Source: a bacterium (GTDB lineage Bacteria > Patescibacteriota > Minisyncoccia > Phycocordibacterales > UBA12088). From it: 64,000 bases of DNA. The stretch's first letter is position 1, and every line of letters begins with the position of its first letter. The translations under genes and the position numbers were made by a program. The stretch is from the NCBI GenBank assembly GCA_003252295.1, contig QKEV01000007.1, positions 9,632 through 73,631 on the forward strand. Reading direction: 5' to 3'. Of this stretch, positions 29,755 to 38,657 are shown one piece after another. The notes under the pieces were generated by a model. It did not search any database. It had not been told where the DNA came from and worked only from the letters and a program-made list of their open reading frames with translations.

Positions 29755-32691
29755 ATGGGAAAACTACACACGAGAACGATAAACAATATAAGCACTGCCC
29801 TTTTAGTGCTTACTGCTGCATTTGGTCTGATATTTACCGTAAATGTTGGCACAGTGCATGCAAGTACGGTTACGCCGACAGAGCTTACTGAACTCTACGT
29901 TTCCCTTGCAATAATACCTGCTGAAAATGCAGACGATGCATATGGTGTTATTACTGATGCACCTGATGACTTTGACCTTGTAGAACTTACTGAGCTCTAC
30001 ATAGCACTTGATGCTATTCCTGCAGAACATGCATATGATGCTCGAGCGATAGTTACTGTCCCAGATGCTTCCATAAACACTCGTACACTTACCCTTTCTC
30101 CAGAAAGTCCTACTGCCTCAGTAATCGCCTTTGATGAGATCAATCTCACTAGGGATGTACTCGTTTTTGCGTTTGAGATTACCGCTGATGAACCGATGGA
30201 TGTATACGAAGTACCTATTCAGATAGAAACCGGCACAAAAAATATATGGGATGTTATTGATGACACGTACCTATACGTTAACGGAACGCAGCATCGTGAT
30301 TACTTTACCAGCGGTTGCAGTGATACGAACTCATGCGTCATGACATTTGATATGGCTGCTGGCGAGCTAGTTGATGATGGTATGCCGATGACTCTGTACC
30401 ACTATGTAGACTTGAGAGAAAGTATGGGGGGTGGCTATGACAATGGAGAAACCATACAAGCGTCGATAAACCAAGCACAGGCAGATGAGATTGCTAGTCA
30501 AACACTCTCTATTACCTACCCTCCTGAAGAGCTTGCTGAGTTGCTCATAAACGCAGGGTTTGTTCCTAGTGGTAACGCAGATAACGCAAGAACCATTGCT
30601 CGAATACAGAGTACTATGCGCTCTACAGAACTTGTTGAGCTTTACATTTCTCTAGGAATCATACCCGACTATGAAGTTGAGCCAGTGCAAGCATTTCTGG
30701 TGAATGATGATTTTTATGACCACGGGATCTTTGTGGGTACTGCGGTAGGTGCTAAGCACACACTTCTCTCTGAAGGACTGTTTGCTGAAATTGTCTCCAC
30801 TGATGAAAACGTCGAGTCTAATGGTCTCACGGATGATTCCCTTGGTGTGTTTGAAGTTAAGTTTGACGTTACTGCGTTTGGAGGTGATTTTTACCTAGCT
30901 TCCACCTCAGCAGCTGTAACGTATCAAATCGAAAACAGTAATGGTCAAGAAGTTACAAGTACTACATATAGTGTGCTTAGTTCGACTGCGAACAAGGAAG
31001 CTAATGGTAACTACAAAATTAGTGAAGGTGACACAGAAACCTTTACACTCACAACCCATGTTCAAGTAAATACGTATGGCTACTACCGTCTTGTGCTTGA
31101 TTCTGTAGAGTACAGCGACACCAATTCCGGAACTGTTAGCAACATAAGCCATGCAGTTGAACCGGTCTCAGACTTCACGACCAACTACATATTCATAAAT
31201 GATGGTGTGGATATAGTTGATATAATTCCTCCAAGCATTACCTCAGTAATCATCTCAAACGAAACAATTTCACCAAACGATGATGGGGTAAAAGATAGTA
31301 CGACAGTAGACCTCACCTTTTCAGAGATTGTAGCCGCTTCCAAGGTACAGATCGTTTCAGAAACTGGGACAGCTGTACACGAATCAACCATGACGGACAC
31401 TGACTCACTTACTCTCGAATGGAGTGGGCGTAATGACCTACACAATACCGTTGAAGACGGTGGGTACGTTATTAATGTGACTATAATAGATTACTCTAGT
31501 AATACAACAAACGAAGATGTTGCAACTATTACCATAGACAACACTGCTCCAGTCATAACACTTATTGGATCATCAACTATCACACTCAATGTGGGTGATA
31601 CCTTCAGTGACCCAGGAGCTACAGCAGTAGACGATGTTGATGGTGATATTTCAGAAAAGATTGTAGTCGGTGGTGACACAATAAACACCGGAACGACGAG
31701 CACCTCAACTATTATCTACAGTGTTAGTGATGCTGCTGGTAACATCGCAAGTACTACGCGACTGGTTGTTGTAGTAGCGGTAGAAACGAATGACAATACA
31801 ACAGAAGATGATGAGATTAATGATGGTGCAACGGATGATGACGCAACAGATGACAGTGCAAATGATACTGGCACTACGACGGACGATAGTGTAACGAATG
31901 ATGACTCAACAAGTGATAACACATCAACAGATAGCAGTAACACGACAACCAGTCGTTCAAGTGGCGGCGGCGGAGGTGGCGGTTCTTCACGTGACCGTAG
32001 TGCTCCAAAGTATACTTCTATTACCATTAATGGTGGCAATGAAGGAACTTCAAACAGACTTGTAACCCTAGCACTCACAGCAACTGATAAGAGTGATCCG
32101 ATAACGGTTCAGGTGAGTAATGTGAATGAGTTTAATGATGACGGTGAGTGGTTAGCAATGAAAGAAACAATGTCTTGGATTCTTGGAGAAGGAAATGGAG
32201 AAAAGAATGTGTACGTGCGCTTTAAAGATGGTAAAGGTAACATTTCTGATGTGATTAGTGCTGAAATATGGCTCGTTGAAAAAGAAGGTACACCTTCACA
32301 AATAACAACCCCTACCCTGCAAACATCCGGTTCTGTCTATGGAGCAAGCACGTTCAAGTTTGTAAACAACTTTGGTTTTGGGACAAGGAGTAGTGATGTA
32401 GTTGAGCTCCAAAAAATACTAAGGAGTGAAGGTTTCTTTACGTACCCTACAAACACTGGCTACTACGGTTCTGTAACCCAGACTGCTGTACGAGCATACC
32501 AAATCCATTATGGTATTAGTTCTACCGGCAACGTTGACTCGCTTACACGTACACAGCTCAACAGTAGTACACGAGGAGTACAAGCTGAAGGAGAGATAAG
32601 TCTACAGTCATTCGTACAGCTCCTCTTGGCGATAGGTATCATTCCGCAAGAAAAAGCCGAAGTAGCTCTATCTGCAATTGCAGGGATGTAA
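29755..32691 (+). CDS. Large surface protein with Ig-like modules and peptidoglycan-binding domain
   Basis: Signal peptide ending VHA; ISPNDDGVKD, DNTAPVITLIG...DPGATAVDDVDGD, D/T/S linker, DVVELQKIL...TGYYGSVTQTAVRAYQ. Confidence 0.85.
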   Translation: MGKLHTRTINNISTALLVLTAAFGLIFTVNVGTVHASTVTPTELTELYVSLAIIPAENADDAYGVITDAPDDFDLVELTELYIALDAIPAEHAYDARAIVTVPDASINTRTLTLSPESPTASVIAFDEINLTRDVLVFAFEITADEPMDVYEVPIQIETGTKNIWDVIDDTYLYVNGTQHRDYFTSGCSDTNSCVMTFDMAAGELVDDGMPMTLYHYVDLRESMGGGYDNGETIQASINQAQADEIASQTLSITYPPEELAELLINAGFVPSGNADNARTIARIQSTMRSTELVELYISLGIIPDYEVEPVQAFLVNDDFYDHGIFVGTAVGAKHTLLSEGLFAEIVSTDENVESNGLTDDSLGVFEVKFDVTAFGGDFYLASTSAAVTYQIENSNGQEVTSTTYSVLSSTANKEANGNYKISEGDTETFTLTTHVQVNTYGYYRLVLDSVEYSDTNSGTVSNISHAVEPVSDFTTNYIFINDGVDIVDIIPPSITSVIISNETISPNDDGVKDSTTVDLTFSEIVAASKVQIVSETGTAVHESTMTDTDSLTLEWSGRNDLHNTVEDGGYVINVTIIDYSSNTTNEDVATITIDNTAPVITLIGSSTITLNVGDTFSDPGATAVDDVDGDISEKIVVGGDTINTGTTSTSTIIYSVSDAAGNIASTTRLVVVVAVETNDNTTEDDEINDGATDDDATDDSANDTGTTTDDSVTNDDSTSDNTSTDSSNTTTSRSSGGGGGGGSSRDRSAPKYTSITINGGNEGTSNRLVTLALTATDKSDPITVQVSNVNEFNDDGEWLAMKETMSWILGEGNGEKNVYVRFKDGKGNISDVISAEIWLVEKEGTPSQITTPTLQTSGSVYGASTFKFVNNFGFGTRSSDVVELQKILRSEGFFTYPTNTGYYGSVTQTAVRAYQIHYGISSTGNVDSLTRTQLNSSTRGVQAEGEISLQSFVQLLLAIGIIPQEKAEVALSAIAGM

Positions 32692-32746
32692 GATACATAC
32701 AACCTCCCATCTCAGTATATGAGGGTAGTGCGAGTATACTGTATAC

Positions 32747-33610
32747 ATGCAGCGCATTCTTTTGAGAATGTTAGTACCACTCACCGTTGTCGGGCTTTGC
32801 GTCTTTACGGTGCGTCACTTTTCTCACACAGATACACAAACATATACTGATGTTGTGTCCAATGGTGACGACGCATCTTTGGTCTCTACCTATTCTTCAA
32901 CGACACCTGACACCTTGTTTGTTGCAGGTGCTACTGTGCATGTACCCATTGCTGTGTACCACAGCATACGCAACACTTCACCTGATGAGACACTGGAGGT
33001 TCGAAGGTTCACTATTCCACCTGCTGTCTTTGATGAGCAAATGCACTACCTGTATGAAAACAATTTCCACCCCATCACGTTTGCTATGCTTTACGAAGCA
33101 CTCACCTACGGTACACCGTTACCATTGAAACCAGTGATACTATCTTTTGATGATGGATGGGCTACTCAGTACATAGAAGCACTACCGGTGCTTCAAAAGT
33201 ATGATTTTACCGCAACATTTTTTCTATACCCAAATGTTATTGAACATGAAAACTATATGACGTGGGATGAGGTGCGCGTGCTGCATGAGGCAGGCATGGA
33301 AATAGGGTCACACTCAAAGTCACATCAGTACATGACAAGACAAGACGCTGAAGAACAGATGTTTGAAGTAACGCAGAGTAAAAAAATTCTTGAGGAAAAG
33401 TTAGATAGTAAAGTCGAAACCTTTGCATACCCTTATGGTTTGTTTAATGCTGATATGCAAGACATGCTAAAAGATGCCGGGTACACCACTGCGCGTGGGC
33501 TAGACACCGGTGTCACACACAGCCAAGAGAGTTTGTACGAACTTCCGAGCTACCTCATTCGTAACGATTTTAACGATTTTAAATACTTTGTGAACCAAAC
33601 AGAAAAGTGA
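32747..33610 (+). CDS. Polysaccharide deacetylase (CE4/NodB)
   Basis: LSFDDG, EIGSHSKSH, FAYPYG. Confidence 0.92.
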   Translation: MQRILLRMLVPLTVVGLCVFTVRHFSHTDTQTYTDVVSNGDDASLVSTYSSTTPDTLFVAGATVHVPIAVYHSIRNTSPDETLEVRRFTIPPAVFDEQMHYLYENNFHPITFAMLYEALTYGTPLPLKPVILSFDDGWATQYIEALPVLQKYDFTATFFLYPNVIEHENYMTWDEVRVLHEAGMEIGSHSKSHQYMTRQDAEEQMFEVTQSKKILEEKLDSKVETFAYPYGLFNADMQDMLKDAGYTTARGLDTGVTHSQESLYELPSYLIRNDFNDFKYFVNQTEK

Positions 33611-33694
33611 TGAGATGGTGTGTACAGTACTTTTAAATCAAAAAAGCTCTTTGGTGTTCACCAAAGAGGCTTAATGAAATTCTGTAAAAGTTGG

Positions 33695-33871
33695 TTATTG
33701 TTTTTTATCCAGGCTCATTGCCTGTTCAACTGCATCAGTCACCTTTTTTACAGACGTGTTTAAAAATGTAACGAAATTTGCCATTAACACTAACACAAAT
33801 ACAACGGTCAAAACGGCCGAACTGCATTTAACAATGAGTTCTGATTGTCCTGCATTTGAAAATCTTGACAT
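33695..33871 (-). CDS. 58-aa single-TM protein missing from the ORF track
   Basis: MSRFSNAGQSELIVKCSSAVLTVVFVLVLMANF...; SD GGGGGT; terminator hairpin at about 33647-33671. Confidence 0.5.
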   Translation of the reverse strand: MSRFSNAGQSELIVKCSSAVLTVVFVLVLMANFVTFLNTSVKKVTDAVEQAMSLDKKQ

Positions 33872-33994
33872 GTTACCCCCATTTTTTTGTTTTTGTCTTT
33901 AACCACAGTTCTTTACAAGGTACTAAATTAAAAATCTGAGTATGATTATACTCATTAAGTACCGGTATCGAAAAATGCGTATGGTGCATAACTT

Positions 33995-34174
33995 CTACTT
34001 CTTCCAATCTTCTATCACGAGTTTTTTGCCATGTTTTTTGACCACCACTTTCTGTTTCTCGCGCCAGCCAAGCTCGCGTATAAACTCAATAGGTAGTGAG
34101 ACAACAATTGTGCGACCACTACCCACCTTACTTAGTTTACGCACATTTCGTTCATCTAATGATCTTCGTGCCAT
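33995..34174 (-). CDS. AbrB/MazE/SpoVT-like DNA-binding protein, 59 aa, missing from the ORF track
   Basis: MARRSLDERNVRKLSKVGSGRTIVVSLPIEFIRELGWREKQKVVVKKHGKKLVIEDWKK. Confidence 0.8.
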   Translation of the reverse strand: MARRSLDERNVRKLSKVGSGRTIVVSLPIEFIRELGWREKQKVVVKKHGKKLVIEDWKK

Positions 34175-34191
34175 ATAAATTTATTCTAGCA

Positions 34192-34229
34192 CTGCTCATG
34201 AATTAACTCTAGAATTAATTCATGAGCAG
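34192..34229. promoter_or_regulatory. 38-bp near-perfect palindrome, probable operator
   Basis: CTGCTCATGAATTAA-CTCTAGAA-TTAATTCATGAGCAG, 17 bp upstream of the AbrB-like start. Confidence 0.6.
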
Positions 34230-34383
34230 GTTTGTAAAGAAAAGGTGACTGACCCCTTTTCTTGAAATTATTACAATTTTCTTCATAAATACAGTATATC
34301 AACACTTTATATAAATTGCGTTACAAAAACATTTATCAACCCCATTAGACATAATTATAATCAGATAATATTATTTTCTTTAT

Positions 34384-34971
34384 ATGGGAATAATGTCCTT
34401 AAAGTTACCTATAGTAATTATTGGTCCAATGTGCGTAGGAAAGACTACTGTATCTAAGCTTGTCTCAAGAAAACTTTCTATACCATACTGCTCTCTTGAT
34501 TCAGTGCGCTGGTACTATTATCTAAAAAGTGGTATGGATATCCTGGAAGATGATATTAACAAAGAAAAAAGCTTTGAGGAGTTACTGAGGTCAAGAAGTG
34601 AATATGATACCACTGTTGTTGAAAGAGTATTTTCTGACTTTAAGAACTATGTATTAGATTTTGGTATATCACATGCTTTCCAAGAAAACGCACACAACAA
34701 AGATAAACTATCTGCAATAGTTCAGAAAAATAGAAATTCATTTCTACTTATCCCAAGTACTGATGTTGAAGTGAGTGCTAGTATTCTGAATGAAAGGTTA
34801 AAAGAATTTAGAAATAGTCCAGATATAGAGGATATAATGCAGTTTAATATCAAAACCATAGAAACTTTTTTAGAAACTTATACTAACTCCAAAGTGCTAT
34901 TTACAAAAGACAAGACTCCTAAGCAAGTGTCGCAAGAATTAATTGATTCACTATTTTATAAAGGAACTTAA
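34384..34971 (+). CDS. P-loop kinase (shikimate/nucleotide kinase-like)
   Basis: IIGPMCVGKTT Walker A, VLDFG. Confidence 0.75.
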   Translation: MGIMSLKLPIVIIGPMCVGKTTVSKLVSRKLSIPYCSLDSVRWYYYLKSGMDILEDDINKEKSFEELLRSRSEYDTTVVERVFSDFKNYVLDFGISHAFQENAHNKDKLSAIVQKNRNSFLLIPSTDVEVSASILNERLKEFRNSPDIEDIMQFNIKTIETFLETYTNSKVLFTKDKTPKQVSQELIDSLFYKGT

Positions 34972-35089
34972 AGATCCGAATTATTGGGGACAGGCACAAT
35001 ATTTTATTGTTTTTTATGGTGTAATAATCCTCATCTCCTTTCATCTATTCTACGCCTAAATTACTAAACTACAACACGTTCGTCGTCGG

Positions 35090-35326
35090 TTGTTGTACAC
35101 AGTAATGACTATAGAAGAAAATTGCTTAGAAGAAAGTTTGAGGTTATACGAGATAGACAATGTCTGGTATGCAGTTGGAGTTATGTGTGCTGCTAAAGGA
35201 GGTAAATTGTTACCGCATAATCAAGAACGTAAAATTAATCAGGAACACTTCAGGGTATTAGAAGAAGAGGTTCCTTTTGAATCAGTCTACAATGTGCGTG
35301 TAGAAGACTTTTTTTATGAAAAGTAA
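35090..35326 (+). pseudogene. Short hypothetical ORF, possibly a gene fragment
   Basis: Protein-like 73-78 aa without a clear start signal, between GGGNCAG-type motifs. Confidence 0.35.
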
Positions 35327-35392
35327 AAAATAAAAGGGTCAGGAGGATTTATTTTTAAATAAACAGGAACAGGTACTATTTCTCTATCAGAA

Positions 35393-35827
35393 CTACTTAC
35401 CTTTAACCACCTCTTTAAGCATAAGCAACTTCTTTCTATCTTTTTCCCTATTCATCTTTTTATACGTCTCATACTCTGACTGCAGAGACATGCATGGTAT
35501 AGGCACATCATACTTGTTCACAGTGACTACATGCTTCATAAAATCATGAGGACGTAAACCCTTAGGTTCATCTGAAGCAAAGTTAATCTCAACATCATCA
35601 ACACAGAACACTAGCTCAAGGTACCCGTGTTTATTTATTATCGGAGTATTGAATATTTCTGCTACAGCAAGTATCCCCTCCTTATCAGTAAGAAAATCGA
35701 CATCAGAAGGTTCAGTGTGTATTCCCTGAAACTTAAGGTTAAGCGTACCTATAAGAACATAGTTAATATGTTGTAACTTTTCTGTAATAGTTTTAAATAT
35801 CTTTGCTAAGACAACATCATCCATCAT
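35393..35827 (-). CDS. Nucleotidyltransferase-fold protein
   Basis: YVLIGT...PSDVDFL matches hG[G/S/T]...DxD. Confidence 0.7.
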   Translation of the reverse strand: MMDDVVLAKIFKTITEKLQHINYVLIGTLNLKFQGIHTEPSDVDFLTDKEGILAVAEIFNTPIINKHGYLELVFCVDDVEINFASDEPKGLRPHDFMKHVVTVNKYDVPIPCMSLQSEYETYKKMNREKDRKKLLMLKEVVKGK

Positions 35828-35875
35828 ATATACATATTAATACAGCAAGCCATACTCACACTAAGAAGTAAACAA

Positions 35876-36074
35876 AAATCGAACCCCGATTGCCGCCGTG
35901 AAAACCCGAAGACGTGCCCAAGCACGTCTATCGGACCTTGCAGAGAGAGTTTCTGATGCTTACCCCGCCCCACGGCGGGGTGAATGAAGAAACTATCCTG
36001 CAAGGAGGACAGTCTATAAGACAGTCAAATGACATCGCCTTTACAAGGGCAATCGGATCATACTCCTTGGAGTC
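35876..36074. repeat. Fold-back module with inverted degenerate tRNA-Glu fragments
   Basis: ATCGAACCCCGATTGCCGCCGTGAAA ... TTTACAAGGGCAATCGG enclosing nested hairpins. Confidence 0.6.
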
Positions 36075-36125
36075 TCACAACTAAAAACCACCTCAAGTGC
36101 AACAAGAGGTGGTTTTTAGTTGTGA
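36075..36125. terminator. Terminator-like hairpin abutting the leftmost core
   Basis: 20-bp perfect stem TCACAACTAAAAACCACCTC / GAGGTGGTTTTTAGTTGTGA. Confidence 0.75.
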
Positions 36126-36254
36126 TGTGACCCAATAGCGTGGCTTTCAGAACTGTATGAGAATAAAGTTAATATCAGTAACTCTATTAAAGATTTAGAA
36201 AATATTTTAACCCCAACTTAGTTGTTGGGGTTAAGCACTTCTGCTTGAGTGTTA

Positions 36255-36833
36255 TTATAGTACTTGAATGATTTCATCCCACGAAGAGACTCTTCTGATA
36301 TTTTTCAAAACGTTGGAATGTTTATTCCAAGGGCAATCAAACAACAATACCTGTATCGCATTTTCTGCACAATCTACTGCATGTTTAGTGTGATCTTCAA
36401 CCATTACGGTAATTCCAAGTTCCTTACATATTTTAGATTTTTTTTCACTTTTTCCATTTAAGCTGTATGAATTAGTAAAATAAATATCTAAAAATAAACC
36501 TGGAAAATGTTTTTCAATCCACTCTTTTGTTTGTTCAATCATATTGTCTCTTCTCCCAGTAATTGCAAACAGCTCAACACCACCTTCTTTCAACTTGTTC
36601 AGAGAAGTGACCGACTTAATCACAGGTAGAATTTTATTACAATGACTTTGGTCTTCAAAAAACATATCAACCTTACGAACCGCTTCTTCTTTTGAACCAC
36701 CCCAAACTTTCCAAAAATCATAGGAAGTGAAATCATTTTTTGATAGATTTCCTCCAAATGTTTCATTATGAAAGCGCGCAAGTGTTGGAACAAAATCTGC
36801 GATCACATCATCTATATCAATACCGATTTTCAT
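36255..36833 (-). CDS. HAD-family 5'(3')-nucleotidase-like protein
   Basis: KIGIDIDDVIADF, ITGR, KSKIC, VEDH, FDCPWN. Confidence 0.85.
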   Translation of the reverse strand: MKIGIDIDDVIADFVPTLARFHNETFGGNLSKNDFTSYDFWKVWGGSKEEAVRKVDMFFEDQSHCNKILPVIKSVTSLNKLKEGGVELFAITGRRDNMIEQTKEWIEKHFPGLFLDIYFTNSYSLNGKSEKKSKICKELGITVMVEDHTKHAVDCAENAIQVLLFDCPWNKHSNVLKNIRRVSSWDEIIQVL

Positions 36834-37144
36834 ATTTATTCTCCCTTTTAAATATGATTAACATGCAGGATGTATTTTCTAAGGTATTTCTAACATTTGT
36901 ATAAAATAAAGCAAACTGAAAATCAGAAGTTCCTGATTAGACATGAAAGTTCTGAACACCCTATGTGGTGCTCTAAAATACATTGAAAAATATAGCTTTA
37001 AAATCTGTGACCCATTAGCGTGGCTTTCAGAGTTGTATGAGGTAAAAGTGTAATCAGTCAACTTTTGGTTTTAGTTGTTACATAGCACATTTCTACAACC
37101 ATCTACGCAGAAACACTTGTACACTCGACCTGTATAGGTCTTTT

Positions 37145-37579
37145 GTGTATTCTGAATGTATGACATGTAAAGAAAAAGCAACAACGTATGTACAGTCGCA
37201 AAAGTCTTTACATTTATATCCTCGTGTGCAAGATGCTTTTGAAGAAGTGTTATGTTCATTGTCTGAAGCAGAACTTGATTGGGTTTGTGGCAATTTAGAA
37301 TTGATGGTTTTACACGAACAAGCAGTTGCACAAGTGATGCATTTTGATCCAAAAAAAGCCGCTTTTGCGGTGATGCAATTCACATTTTATGACGACATGC
37401 CTGGCGAGGTGTTGCGATGGGTAATAGCACATGAACTGGGGCATGCTATGCAAAAAAGAAATTGGAGAGAGGGTGATGGAACAGGTTTGGAAGAGGATGC
37501 AGATATTTGTGCTGAACAGTGGGGTTATCTGAAGACAAAAGAGATTGAAGAGTATCTACGTAAGAGGAGAGAAAATTAA
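37145..37579 (+). CDS. HExxH metallopeptidase-like protein
   Basis: VIAHELGH followed by EEDAD; start uncertain (37145 or 37160). Confidence 0.7.
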   Translation: MYSECMTCKEKATTYVQSQKSLHLYPRVQDAFEEVLCSLSEAELDWVCGNLELMVLHEQAVAQVMHFDPKKAAFAVMQFTFYDDMPGEVLRWVIAHELGHAMQKRNWREGDGTGLEEDADICAEQWGYLKTKEIEEYLRKRREN

Positions 37580-37811
37580 GACTGTTTTATAGAAAAACTT
37601 CATCTCAACTATGCCTGTTATCTGGATATTTGTTAGAGATTAAAGGGTTCAGGTAGTTTTATCTGACACAATTCTAGAGTTAAAAAACACATAATAAATC
37701 ACGTGTTTTTTGTTTTACTTGCTTAAATGGATGTGTTTAGAACACATGATTAGTACTATTGATAATTTGATTCCAAACAACATGAATATCTTTCTGTTTA
37801 CTCCATATATT

Positions 37812-38396
37812 CTATATTTTTTTTCTTAAAATTTGATGCTGAGGATAACCTTCGTCCGTTAATCCATAAGGCATAAGATCTGCACATTCCACGTTGAGTA
37901 GTACGGTCAAAGCTTCCTTTATTGTGTTGTATTTTTCTTTACCAAGCTTCTCTTCTTCGGTGACTCCAAAACGATACCAAGTGTAAAAGTGCCACAGTTC
38001 ATGCATTATATTTTTTCGAACAGTTTCCCTTGGGACAGTTACATACAAAAAATTATTTTCAATACTGTAAGGGTTTCTGTTGTTTACGGTTAAATAGGCT
38101 GTTATGTCTTGAGGCAACGTAACACCAAAAATTGCTTCTGCTCTTTTGTAATACTCGTTTGCTATTTGTAACCACTCTGTCAAATATTTTTCAATATATG
38201 TTTTGATGTTTACATTATGTCCCAGTAAATATTCATCAATGAAATTTGAAACAGTTTCCTCAGTCTGATTTTCACCATATTTTGTGATCAGCAGTTCATA
38301 AACCTTTGTTGGATTTGGGTTGTTGTTTGAGCTCTTACCTTTGTTGAGTAAACACCAAATATCTCTTTCTTTGTTGTATTCAAAAATAAGTTTCAT
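37812..38396 (-). CDS. HExxH protein, possibly with premature stop
   Basis: MHELWH, KEALT; frame stays open for 24 codons past TAG, to TAA at 37737. Confidence 0.7.
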   Translation of the reverse strand: MKLIFEYNKERDIWCLLNKGKSSNNNPNPTKVYELLITKYGENQTEETVSNFIDEYLLGHNVNIKTYIEKYLTEWLQIANEYYKRAEAIFGVTLPQDITAYLTVNNRNPYSIENNFLYVTVPRETVRKNIMHELWHFYTWYRFGVTEEEKLGKEKYNTIKEALTVLLNVECADLMPYGLTDEGYPQHQILRKKI

Positions 38397-38467
38397 AACA
38401 AAAGTATATCAGTTCTGAACACCCTATGTGGTGCTCTAAAATACATTGAAAAATATAGCTTTAAAAT

Positions 38468-38599
38468 CTGTGACCCCACGGAGACGCTTCGCTATCGAAC
38501 TCGCTCCCTATGGTCGCTCTCATAAAACCCACGGTTTTATGATATTCCTCCACGGGAAACCAGCAGGTTTCCCGACCCCTTCCGCTGTTCGATTCTCCG
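38468..38599. repeat. Fold-back module duplicating the tRNA-Glu 3' end
   Basis: CTGTGACCCCACGGAGA (38468-38484) = 38655-38671; inverted T-arm copy GTTCGATTCTCCG at 38587-38599. Confidence 0.75.
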
Positions 38600-38610
38600 A
38601 CAAAATCTAA

Positions 38611-38655
38611 GCAACAAAAAATACCCTAGTAAAAAACTAGAGTATTTTTTGTCGC
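38611..38655 (-). terminator. tRNA terminator hairpin
   Basis: GCAACAAAAAATACCCTAGT / ACTAGAGTATTTTTTGTCGC imperfect stem right after the tRNA. Confidence 0.75.
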
Positions 38656-38657
38656 TG

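Larger units (their letters stand above)
36126..38484. mobile_element. Two tandem integrase-free cassettes at a tRNA-Glu 3'-end core
   Basis: Core TGTGACCC at 36126, 37006, 38469; 66-bp exact repeat 36948-37013 = 38411-38476; 33/36 repeat 36126-36161 vs 37006-37041. Confidence 0.75.

Noticed and set aside
33942-34178. 78-aa plus-strand ORF
   Set aside because: Antisense shadow of the AbrB-like gene.
35876-36074. Second tRNA-Glu with an intron
   Set aside because: The two tRNA-like fragments are inverted, both derive from the 3' half, and no acceptor or D arm can be built.
36126-38476. CRISPR array or classical integron
   Set aside because: Only two copies of each repeat, kb-scale gene-containing spacing, no cas or intI gene, and no attC-type structure recognised.
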